Origin: Thermoplasmata archaeon
GTDB lineage: Archaea; Thermoplasmatota; Thermoplasmata; UBA10834
Direction: 5' to 3'
Assembly: GCA_041548485.1 (NCBI GenBank)
Contig: JBFESP010000006.1
Coordinates: forward strand, 19,895 to 83,894
DNA: 64,000 bases
Part shown: in pieces, positions 48,942-57,716 of the stretch
Numbering within the stretch: the stretch's first letter is position 1
How the letters are laid out: the number at the start of each line of letters is the position of its first letter
Made by a program: the position numbers and the translations under genes
Notes under the pieces: generated by a model
Told to the model about the DNA's origin: nothing
The model's database searches: none
Seen by the model: only the letters and a program-made list of their open reading frames with translations

Positions 48942-50324
48942 TCACGCCTCGTCTCGCAGGTCCACACCCAGGTCTCGCATGCTCCGCTTGTACGAGCGGA
49001 TGATGGTCGAGTACTCCTTCGTGGGTCGGCGCTTCTCGGCGTCCCAGCACTCGTACAGAGACTTGCCGAGTGGCGGCTTGAGAAGCCTGTTCTCATATTT
49101 CCCGAGAAGCTTCTTCGCGAGCGTGTTGGCATCCTGTAGCTTCATGCCAGCGACGGCATGACCTACCTCCGCGGATATCCGCGGCTCGACCGGCGTCGTC
49201 CTATCCTCATACCTGTTGGACGCGATGCCCACGGATTCTATGGATAGCCCAGAGGTGACGGCCGCGGTGACCGATGCGGACGTCTCGAACAGAGCCATCG
49301 GTGTGCACGGGCCTGCCGAGGCGTAGTTCAGGTTGATGCTTAGCATATTGGAGTTGCGGGTGACTGCCTGACCGGTCGAGCTGATGACCCAGAGCAGTTC
49401 CCTGCAGCTGCTGGAGACGTACCTGAGGTGCAGTGGGAACGGCAGCAGCCAGCTCGCCTGGTATGTGAGTAGACCCATCATGTGATGGGCCACATTGGAG
49501 ACCGCCGTCCCCTCGGGACCGCCTGAGTACCCACCAAGGAGGGGGCCGAAGCACATGCCGATGGGACCTCCCATAGACAACGCGACCGCAGCTTTGTTCA
49601 GACGCGCGAAATCCACCTTCATGGGGTCCATGCAGCAGATCAAGTAGCCGTCCGACGGTCTCATGCCGTACCTCGGGTGCAGGGCCGCTGCGAAAGCGAT
49701 ATCCGACTCAGCCGTCGAGAGCGAGTTCATTATCGGTATGCCCTCGCGGCCTACGCGGTTGCAGGCCTCCCTTGCAAGGACTGCGTTTCTCATCGCTCCG
49801 AGTACTTCCAGCGGAGAAGCGGGCCTGATCCTCATTCCTCCGACACGCGTGAGAGCTGGCGTCGTGATCGCGTTCGTCTCTGGAATCTCCGCGTAGCCCT
49901 CAACGAGGGTCATGAACGACCTGTCACTCGACGCGGAACCACCGCCCGCACCTAGAAAGCACCATGGGGGGGTCTTGTCGCCAACCTTCCTCGATCTGAA
50001 GGTCTTCCTGTCGCGTCCCTCCCCGAGCTCGAGCGCGTCTGGGGCGGTCCTGATGGCCTCCCTTACCTCCTGGTCGGTGTACGATATGACTCGGGCGCTG
50101 CTTGTGCAGTAAGCACCGACATCGACGAGCAGCTCGACCGCCGCCTTGAAGATGTCGTCCACCAGGGAGCCGTCGTTCGGGATGGGGTTCTTCGGGTCGT
50201 ACTTGATGTCGTACTTCTTGACGACCTCCTGGACCTTCGGGGCGAAGCTGCGAAGCTGGTAGTCAGTCTCGCTCATCGGTTTTCCTTCGAGAGCCCGCCC
50301 CATCACGTCGAGGAACTGGACCAA
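48942..50324 (-). CDS. mtmB: Monomethylamine methyltransferase (MtmB) homolog without pyrrolysine
   Basis: Colinear with MtmB motifs (YCT...R...Y, SP.EV, GGYSGGPE, AGPCT.M, GK...EC.D); no in-frame TAG; TTG 50324 behind GGAAGTG. Confidence 0.9.
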   Translation of the reverse strand: MVQFLDVMGRALEGKPMSETDYQLRSFAPKVQEVVKKYDIKYDPKNPIPNDGSLVDDIFKAAVELLVDVGAYCTSSARVISYTDQEVREAIRTAPDALELGEGRDRKTFRSRKVGDKTPPWCFLGAGGGSASSDRSFMTLVEGYAEIPETNAITTPALTRVGGMRIRPASPLEVLGAMRNAVLAREACNRVGREGIPIMNSLSTAESDIAFAAALHPRYGMRPSDGYLICCMDPMKVDFARLNKAAVALSMGGPIGMCFGPLLGGYSGGPEGTAVSNVAHHMMGLLTYQASWLLPFPLHLRYVSSSCRELLWVISSTGQAVTRNSNMLSINLNYASAGPCTPMALFETSASVTAAVTSGLSIESVGIASNRYEDRTTPVEPRISAEVGHAVAGMKLQDANTLAKKLLGKYENRLLKPPLGKSLYECWDAEKRRPTKEYSTIIRSYKRSMRDLGVDLRDEA

Positions 50325-50328
50325 GACG

Positions 50329-50976
50329 TCACTTCCCCTTGGCCAACTTGTTCGCCAGCTTGATCGTCGTGGCTGCGTCCTCTCCCCAGCCATCGGCCCC
50401 GATCTCGTCGGACCACTCGCCGGTCGTCGGACCGCCTCCGACCATCACTGCGAACTTCTTCCTTTCCTTCAGCGAGACCAGATAGTCCACGATGTCCTTC
50501 TGCGACCCTATGGTGCTGGACATCAACGCAGAGGCACCGATTATCTTCGCGTTGGAGCGCTTGGCCTCCTCCACGAATGTCGTCGTCTTGACATCGACAC
50601 CCAGGTCGATGACGTTGAAGCCGTTCGCCAATAGCATGTTGGATACGATGTTCTTGCCGATCTCGTGCACATCTCCCTGGACCGTCCCAATCGCCACGGT
50701 GGCCTTGGAGACCATCTCGCCCTTCGGGACCAGAGGCAGGAGCAGGGCCATCGCCGTCTTCATCGCGTCGGCGGCAAGCATCAACTCGGGGAGGTATATC
50801 TCCATCTTCTCGAACTTGTCTCCCACCTTCTCGATCGCAGGCACCAATCCCTTCTCAATCGCCTTCAGCGGGTCAACCTTCGCCCTTATCGCATCCTTCG
50901 CTGACTTCTCGGCAGCCGAAGAATCGAAGGACAGGATGGCGTCGCCGAGCGACTTGAACATCTTCTTCTCATCCAT
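50329..50976 (-). CDS. Methyltransferase cognate corrinoid protein (MtmC/MttC-like)
   Basis: GDVHEIGKNIV (DxHxxG), DLGVDV, SALM, MVGGGP; cap domain YLPEL. Confidence 0.93.
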   Translation of the reverse strand: MDEKKMFKSLGDAILSFDSSAAEKSAKDAIRAKVDPLKAIEKGLVPAIEKVGDKFEKMEIYLPELMLAADAMKTAMALLLPLVPKGEMVSKATVAIGTVQGDVHEIGKNIVSNMLLANGFNVIDLGVDVKTTTFVEEAKRSNAKIIGASALMSSTIGSQKDIVDYLVSLKERKKFAVMVGGGPTTGEWSDEIGADGWGEDAATTIKLANKLAKGK

Positions 50977-51129
50977 GGGGTTCCTTCCTAGCAGCGCGGA
51001 CACAGGGGCCGCGCTGGCTGGGAATGAAGCACTGACGATTTAAAGGGTTCTCTCGGAGGATATCATGACCTATGACCGGGTCGCCACTGGAACGGGCGAC
51101 AGACGGCGGGGATAGGGCCGTTGGAGCCG

Positions 51130-52572
51130 TCAGAACTCGTCTATTACCTTCTTGAGTGCTGACAGTCTGGCACCATCGAGTTTCTCCGGCTGGTGCTCGG
51201 ACAGCATCTTCTGAGCCTTCTCCTCTGCGACATCCATCAGGTCTCTCTTGCCGCTTTCCTCCCACGATTCGTACGAGGACATGTCCCACAATGTCGACAT
51301 GTAGAAGTCCTTCACATGCTTCACCGTGTGCATCTCGCCCAGATAGTTCCTGCCGATGCCGACCTTCTTTATCAGATCCAGCGAGACAGACTCGTCGTTG
51401 ACCTCGATGTCTCTGTTGGAGTTCAGCACGAGAGCCACAATCTCGTTGTCTATGACCATCTGAGCGAAGGAGAGCAGGGTCGAGCCGTCCGCAAGGCCTA
51501 TACCGTTCATTATCTCACAGCCGACAGCGGCCAGCGGCGGAGAGAGGACGGCGTTCTCGACGGACTGTCTCAGTCCTGGAGTCCTCGCACTGCCCCCCAT
51601 TCCGCCAGCGGAACATGGCACGTCCAGATACTTCGCCATCTCCACATTGCCGATGCTCAGCATTATCGTCTCCGGGGCGCCCGAGTTGTAGGCGCCCGTC
51701 TTGGGGTCCATGCTAGACTGAACTGAGCCGTACAGGAACGGCGCACCAGGCTCGTGCGCCTGCATGGCACAGGCAAGGGCCATGGTCTCAGCATGGTTGA
51801 CGACGAGGCTGCCGGCCACCGTGGCGGGGCCGCTCAGGCCCATGCTCGCCATGCCGGTTATGTGCACAGGAACGTGGTTCTCGGCCCAGACCATCGCAGC
51901 GTCGGTCGCTCCGCCGTCAAGGACGAGCGGGGATATCGTGCACACCATCGCGGAGATATAGTGACGTTTCCTGAGCTCCTCCTCGGATCCGACGACGGCC
52001 GCCGCCATCTTGACCTGAGCCCGAGCCTCCTCGGGGGTCGTCGTGGACTCGGTCTCGATATGCTTGGTCGTGTTCTCCATGCCAACCTTCAACCCCTCGA
52101 GGACGTGTGTCTTCGAGGAGATGTCATGCGCCACCACCATCGGCTCGAATATGCTCAGGTACGGCAGCGCGTCGCCCAGAACGGCCGTCTTTCGGATGTC
52201 CTCGAGGACGGATTGACGACGGCTCTTGGTCCTAGGGTCCCACACGGCGATGCCACAGCCGTCGGTGGTGTAGTAGTGATGACGGCGGTCCAGAGGCAGG
52301 TCGTAGTCCTTCGTCCGTCCAGCGAGAACGATGCTAGACGGCGCCTTGGACATCAGTGAGTTGACGAGATCAGGGGAGAACTTCACGACGTTCGTCTTGT
52401 CGTCAACGGCTGCCCCCGCACGTTTCAACGAGTCTCGCGCAACCGGACTCATCACCCTGATTCCAGTGTTCTCAAGAATATCCAGCGCGGAATCATGTAT
52501 CTTCTTCCTATCCGAGTCCTTCATGAAGGACCTTGGCTCTCTCACCTTGAATCTGTCTGCAAACATTGACAT
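51130..52572 (-). CDS. MttB-superfamily corrinoid methyltransferase, non-pyrrolysine
   Basis: IH..AL.ILE..GI, ISPL, SGPATVAG.L....AE, PGAP..YG, D.IKKVG.G.NYL...HT; no in-frame TAG. Confidence 0.92.
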   Translation of the reverse strand: MSMFADRFKVREPRSFMKDSDRKKIHDSALDILENTGIRVMSPVARDSLKRAGAAVDDKTNVVKFSPDLVNSLMSKAPSSIVLAGRTKDYDLPLDRRHHYYTTDGCGIAVWDPRTKSRRQSVLEDIRKTAVLGDALPYLSIFEPMVVAHDISSKTHVLEGLKVGMENTTKHIETESTTTPEEARAQVKMAAAVVGSEEELRKRHYISAMVCTISPLVLDGGATDAAMVWAENHVPVHITGMASMGLSGPATVAGSLVVNHAETMALACAMQAHEPGAPFLYGSVQSSMDPKTGAYNSGAPETIMLSIGNVEMAKYLDVPCSAGGMGGSARTPGLRQSVENAVLSPPLAAVGCEIMNGIGLADGSTLLSFAQMVIDNEIVALVLNSNRDIEVNDESVSLDLIKKVGIGRNYLGEMHTVKHVKDFYMSTLWDMSSYESWEESGKRDLMDVAEEKAQKMLSEHQPEKLDGARLSALKKVIDEF

Positions 52573-52709
52573 CCCGATACCTCCTGCTGTAGGAAGCCCA
52601 GGCCCCGGAGGCCGGCTTCAATAGAAAAGGGTTTTCAGATAGCTTCATGACCGTGGAGCGGTGCAACGGCGAAGGATTAAGTAGTTGCCGCATGGCCCAT
52701 TGCACACGT

Positions 52710-54143
52710 TCAAACGCCGACCATCTTCTCGTAGTCTGCGATGATCCCGTCACCCTTGCGCTTCATGTCACCGTCCAACGAAGGGACCTCATGCTCCCGG
52801 AGTATCCTCTTGGCGATCTCCTTCGCCTCGGGGACCATGGCATCGGAGTATGTCCTCTCCCAGTCCTTCTTCGCCTCATCGAAGAAGAACAGCTCCTTCT
52901 TGAAGTTGCGGGCTGTGTGGACATGGCTGAGGAAGGTGTTGCCGTGGCCCACCTGCTTCACGACATCCAAAGCGATCGTCTCGTCGGAGATCTCGAACCG
53001 CCTCATGAAACCACGGACATGCTCCCAGATGCGTGATTCGATGACTGCCTGCTCGTATGACACGCCCTTGACGGCGTCAATCCCGCCGATACCGGAGATG
53101 AGATCGGAGTTGCCCATGGAGCTCAAAGCCACGCCCATGACCTCCGAGAACGATTGTGGGATGCCCGGCGTTTCCTTGTCGTTTATACCCCACTCGCCCA
53201 CCATCGACGGCAGACCGTATCTTCTCGCCATCTGACCGAGCCCAGCGGCGATGATGCAGTGCTCCGGAACCATGTAGTTGATTACTCCTGTCTTCATGCT
53301 GATCGGGGCCGATGATGAGCAGTATATGTGCGGGGAACCAGGAGCGGCGAACTGGGTGATCACCAGGCTTGCCAGGTTCTCAGTGTTCGCGTTCGATATC
53401 GTCCCCGCCATGGTGACGGGACTTGACCCCCCCGGGAGGGACATAGACATCGACATTATCGGTATGCCCGCCCTCACCAGCTCGACCATCCCTTCGACGG
53501 CTCCACCCTCGTACGAGAGGGGAGCGATCGAGCAACAGATCACGGAGAACAACGGCCGCTTCCTCAGCTCCTCCTCGCTCCCTGCGATGAGGGCTCCGAG
53601 CTCCACCTGCTTGCGCGAATCGGCAGCGCCCATCACGGAAACGCCGTTCACGTGCTTCGTCGTGTTCTGCATGGCCGTCCAGAGCTCATGAAGACCGTGT
53701 GAGATCTGAGGCACCTCGTTCGCCGTGATGGACGTCCACAGGAAATCGACCCCATCGAGCCCATCGCCTAGACGAATGAAATCGGCTATGTCCTTCCTAG
53801 TCGACGGCTTCTTCTCGCCCGTCTCCATATCCCTGATGTACACTCCCAGGCCGGAGGTGGCCACGAACGGAGGGCCGGATACCGGGATCTCCATATCGTG
53901 CTTCGGATCCCTGGCACAAAGACGTATGCTCCTGGGTGCCTTCATCAGAGCCTCATTGACCATTTCCTCAGGTATCTTCGCGATCATCTTCGTGAAATCA
54001 ACTTCCGCACCGGAATCGCTGAGCATCTTCAGCGTCACGTCGCTGCGTATGAGCATGCCTATCTCCTGTAGGCTCTTCAGGCTGGATTCGTGTATCAGAT
54101 CCTGCTCATCCCCGGACAGAAAAACAAGTCTCGCTACCGCCAT
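52710..54143 (-). CDS. MttB-superfamily corrinoid methyltransferase, non-pyrrolysine (second paralog)
   Basis: IHE.SL..L.EIG, IAPL, SPVTMAG.....N.E.L, VG.G..FL...HT; no in-frame TAG. Confidence 0.92.
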   Translation of the reverse strand: MAVARLVFLSGDEQDLIHESSLKSLQEIGMLIRSDVTLKMLSDSGAEVDFTKMIAKIPEEMVNEALMKAPRSIRLCARDPKHDMEIPVSGPPFVATSGLGVYIRDMETGEKKPSTRKDIADFIRLGDGLDGVDFLWTSITANEVPQISHGLHELWTAMQNTTKHVNGVSVMGAADSRKQVELGALIAGSEEELRKRPLFSVICCSIAPLSYEGGAVEGMVELVRAGIPIMSMSMSLPGGSSPVTMAGTISNANTENLASLVITQFAAPGSPHIYCSSSAPISMKTGVINYMVPEHCIIAAGLGQMARRYGLPSMVGEWGINDKETPGIPQSFSEVMGVALSSMGNSDLISGIGGIDAVKGVSYEQAVIESRIWEHVRGFMRRFEISDETIALDVVKQVGHGNTFLSHVHTARNFKKELFFFDEAKKDWERTYSDAMVPEAKEIAKRILREHEVPSLDGDMKRKGDGIIADYEKMVGV

Positions 54144-54272
54144 GTTACTGCACTCCCCATCGATGCCCCGTTCGTCAACGGGCGTGTCCGCAATCCTCAA
54201 CCCCTATAATATGGGTTTGCGTGGTCCGGGGTGATGTGTTTAAGACCTTTTCCCAAATGTGAGAATTCAGAT

Positions 54273-55202
54273 TCAAGCGAGGGGCTTCGTGTCTGGCGTG
54301 GGGGCCTTCTCCTGCAGCCCCTTCATCAGGACGATGTATAGGCCGCCGATGACCAGGATTGAACCGACCACTATCCATCTACCGGGCATCTCGTCAGGAA
54401 GGAGGAAGTACGCCAGCACCGAAGCGCCAATCGGCTCGGCAAGAAGGGATGTCGAGACGATGTGCGCAGGGAGCGTTTTGAGGGCGAAGTTGAACATCGT
54501 GTGGCCGAAGATGGTCGGAACGACCGCCAGTAGGACGAACAGCGAGAGCTCGCGATGCGACGACACTGCGATGACATCGCCCACGATGACGGCTCCGACG
54601 AACAGCATGGCTGCGCATATCAGATAGACCGTGAAGACATACGTTCCCAGTGACACCTTCTGCCTCGCCCGCCTCCCGGAGAGGAGGTAGATGCCCGCAC
54701 AAATACCGCCGAGGAATGCCAGCGTGTTCCCCGTCATGTTGGTCCCCCCCAGCTGTAAGTCTGCCACCGAGATGACACACACGCCAAGAAACGCGACGAC
54801 TATGCCTATCGCCGCTATACGACGCACACGCTCACCGAGCACGAAATGCGACACGCCCGCCACGAACATAGGGTGGGCCGTCACAAGCACGACGGATGTC
54901 GCCACCAGCGTGAGGCTGAGGGACGCAATCCAGAGGCCGAAATGAAACGCCAACGCGGTGGCGCTGACGAAGATGAGGACCCACTCGCGCAGCGGGAGGG
55001 AGCGGAGTTCGGTGAGTCCACGGCTCCTTGCGACGAACGGAAGGAGCATGGCGCACGTGAAGAAGAGTCTGTAGAACGTGATCACGAAAGGCGTCGACTC
55101 ACACCACTTGATCAGTATCGGTGCGAACGAGATCGATACCATCGCGACGACTACCGCGGTGTAGGCTCTGGATACCTCGCTGCCAGCCACTATACGCGTC
55201 AC
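54273..55202 (-). CDS. EamA/DMT family transporter
   Basis: About 10 TM; HFGLWIASL, LGER, PT..GHT.FN, EPIGA. Confidence 0.88.
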   Translation of the reverse strand: MTRIVAGSEVSRAYTAVVVAMVSISFAPILIKWCESTPFVITFYRLFFTCAMLLPFVARSRGLTELRSLPLREWVLIFVSATALAFHFGLWIASLSLTLVATSVVLVTAHPMFVAGVSHFVLGERVRRIAAIGIVVAFLGVCVISVADLQLGGTNMTGNTLAFLGGICAGIYLLSGRRARQKVSLGTYVFTVYLICAAMLFVGAVIVGDVIAVSSHRELSLFVLLAVVPTIFGHTMFNFALKTLPAHIVSTSLLAEPIGASVLAYFLLPDEMPGRWIVVGSILVIGGLYIVLMKGLQEKAPTPDTKPLA

Positions 55203-55242
55203 ACTCCCCCGAACGAGCCTGCCGCAGTCTGCGCGACGAATA

Positions 55243-55743
55243 TCAGTAGATCGTGACGCCTCTGACGCCCCTCGCCTGGCGGATCAGAGGGATGATCTCA
55301 GAAGGCACCATGCTGTCGGTGACGATGAACAGCTTGGGTTCCTCGGAGGTCATGGGGTCGTCCACTATAGCCTGCCGGATCGATATGTTCGACCGCATCA
55401 GAATCTCCGCCACGCCTGAGATGATGCCAGGCTCGTGGGCATTCACCGGGACGATCTCGATGGCGCTCCACCCCATCGCCGAGGCCGCGTTCTTCAGGTG
55501 GTTCGTGGGCAGAAGCTGCGAGAAGAACTTCTGCAGCGTCGAATCGCCCTTTATCGTCTCAACCGTAGACTTCACCACTCTCCGGTCAACGCCCGCTGCT
55601 CTCGCAAGTGCTGAATCTGCTATCTGTACGTCGCCGCAATAGACACGGTCCCCGTGTATGCGGAGGCCGTACTTCAGCAGATACCGGGCGACCTTCGCCT
55701 GGGACGGGTACTTCTCGAAGTAATTGGCTATTCTATCCCACAT
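55243..55743 (-). CDS. HTH + ACT-domain predicted regulator of amino-acid metabolism (COG2150-like)
   Basis: F..YPSQ..VA..LL..G, LARAAGVDRRVV, PGII..V...L....ISIRQ. Confidence 0.85.
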   Translation of the reverse strand: MWDRIANYFEKYPSQAKVARYLLKYGLRIHGDRVYCGDVQIADSALARAAGVDRRVVKSTVETIKGDSTLQKFFSQLLPTNHLKNAASAMGWSAIEIVPVNAHEPGIISGVAEILMRSNISIRQAIVDDPMTSEEPKLFIVTDSMVPSEIIPLIRQARGVRGVTIY

Positions 55744-55894
55744 ACCAATCGATGACGATATGTGTACAGTAATAGATTAATATTGCCTTACAGTGTACGA
55801 CTTCGCGCTGCCATTGAATAGCAAGGGCCATATAGGTCCTGCACGATTGCCACGGCATTGACACAGATTAGCACGGTGTGAATTTGGTGATGGA

Positions 55895-56680
55895 ATGGTT
55901 GGAAAGACGATCAGGCTGAGACGCATCTTCGACCAGAAGAGCGGGAATACCGTGATCGTGCCGATGGATCACGGCATCTCCCTCGGTCCGGTCAAGGGTT
56001 TGGCGGACATTAGGAGCACGGTCGACAGACTCGCAGAAGGCCGAGCCTCTGCGGTAGTGGTCCACAAAGGCCTGGTCCCATATATCGGCACTGCCGTAGG
56101 AGCTCCGCTGGGACTAATCGTCCACATATCCGCCAGCACATCGATGTCCCCCGACCCCAACGCGAAGGTGTTGGTGGCAAGCGTCGACGCGGCGGCCGCG
56201 CTCGGGGCGGACGCGGTCTCGATCCACTGCAACATCGGAAGTGACACCGAGAACGTAATGGTTTCCGATTTCGGGATGGTCTCGGACAGATGCGGCGAAC
56301 TGGGCATGCCACTCTTGGCGATGTGCTACCCCAGGGGCAAGAACGTCAAGGACCAGTTCGATGTGGACGCTGTCAAGCATGTCGCGAGATTGTCCGCCGA
56401 GCTCGGCGCCGACGTGGTGAAGACGAACTACACGGGTTCGATCGACACCTTCAAGGAGGTCGCCAACGGAACGCCAGTGCCGGTGGTCATCGCCGGCGGC
56501 CCGAAGATGGATTCCGACATGGACCTCCTCAAGATGGTGAGCGACGCCATGACAGCCGGCGCCCGTGGCGTCTCCATCGGCCGGAACGTCTTCCAGCACG
56601 ACGACGTGGCCATGATCACGAGAGCCATCGGAAAGGTTGTTTTCGAGGGGGCAGCCCCCGAGGATGCTTATAGGCGGTGA
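55895..56680 (+). CDS. 2-amino-3,7-dideoxy-D-threo-hept-6-ulosonate synthase (AroA', class I aldolase family)
   Basis: IVPMDHG, HKG, YPRG, ELGADVVKT.YTG, AGGPK, GRNVFQ; heads the aro operon next to DHQ synthase II. Confidence 0.9.
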   Translation: MVGKTIRLRRIFDQKSGNTVIVPMDHGISLGPVKGLADIRSTVDRLAEGRASAVVVHKGLVPYIGTAVGAPLGLIVHISASTSMSPDPNAKVLVASVDAAAALGADAVSIHCNIGSDTENVMVSDFGMVSDRCGELGMPLLAMCYPRGKNVKDQFDVDAVKHVARLSAELGADVVKTNYTGSIDTFKEVANGTPVPVVIAGGPKMDSDMDLLKMVSDAMTAGARGVSIGRNVFQHDDVAMITRAIGKVVFEGAAPEDAYRR

Positions 56681-56684
56681 TCCC

Positions 56685-57716
56685 CTGGTCGGCCGTCAGG
56701 TCTGGATCGGGGCGATCTTCCAGCCAAACAGGGAGAGCAGGAAGAAGATCGTCCTATCCGCTTTGGAAGTAGGATTCGACACGATAGTTCTCGACAAGAG
56801 GGACTCAGCGTTCACTGAGCTCGGGAGGTTCAGAGCCATCACTCTTTCTGGGAGCAGCTTCACGGAGGACGGAAGAGCCGTTGGGAAGCTTGTGGAGATA
56901 GTCAAGAAGGAGGACGAGCTGAAGGCGAAGAAGTTGACTGATGAAGAGGACCACGTGGTAATCTCCGCGAATGACTGGAAGGTGATCCCTCTTGAGAATC
57001 TCATCGTTCATTTCCAGGGTAGTCGTGCCAAGCTACTCATGGTCGCAAGGACGATAGAAGAAGTGAAGCTGTTCTTCGAGACCATGGAGCGCGGGGCGGA
57101 CGGTGTCCTCTTCGCACCCAAGAGGGTTGAGGACCTGGGCAGGCTGCGCAAGCTGGTCGAGAAGGAGTCACCCAAGCTCGACTTGAAGGAGGGGAAGATA
57201 ACCGTCCTCAGGCAGCTGGGGCTCGGGGACCGGGTCTGCATCGACACATGTTCGGTACTGCGTATCGGCGAGGGGATGCTGATAGGCAACCAGTCATCAT
57301 GCATGTTCCTCATCCACTCTGAGACCCTCGAGTCGGAGTACGCAGCTTCGAGACCGTTCAGGGTGAACGCTGGCCCAGTCCACGCATACATATTGATGCC
57401 TGACGGAACCACGAGATACCTGTCAGAGCTCCGCGGAGGAGAGGAGGTGCTGGTGGTCGACTCCGGGGGACACACCAGAACGGCTATCGTCGGGAGGACG
57501 AAGGTTGAGAGCAGACCGCTGCTCCTGATAGAGGCCGAAGTGGACGGCTCCAAGTACTCCACCATCGTCCAGAACGCCGAGACCATACGAGTGTACTCCA
57601 GGGGAAAGGTCGTGTCAGTCTCGAAACTGAAGGTGGGGGATCCCATCCTGCTGAGGTTGGAGAAGGGTGGACGCCACTTCGGCATGTACGTGGATGAAAC
57701 CATACAGGAGAGGTGA
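56685..57716 (+). CDS. 3-dehydroquinate synthase II (AroB'); start CTG 56685 or ATG 56664
   Basis: DWKVIPLENL, GDRVCIDTCS, GEGMLIG, RPFRVNAG.VH.Y, QNAETIR, GRHFG. Confidence 0.93.
   Translation: MVGRQVWIGAIFQPNRESRKKIVLSALEVGFDTIVLDKRDSAFTELGRFRAITLSGSSFTEDGRAVGKLVEIVKKEDELKAKKLTDEEDHVVISANDWKVIPLENLIVHFQGSRAKLLMVARTIEEVKLFFETMERGADGVLFAPKRVEDLGRLRKLVEKESPKLDLKEGKITVLRQLGLGDRVCIDTCSVLRIGEGMLIGNQSSCMFLIHSETLESEYAASRPFRVNAGPVHAYILMPDGTTRYLSELRGGEEVLVVDSGGHTRTAIVGRTKVESRPLLLIEAEVDGSKYSTIVQNAETIRVYSRGKVVSVSKLKVGDPILLRLEKGGRHFGMYVDETIQER

Noticed and set aside
48942..54143. Pyrrolysine (amber) readthrough in the methyltransferases
   Set aside because: All three frames are full length with no internal TAG
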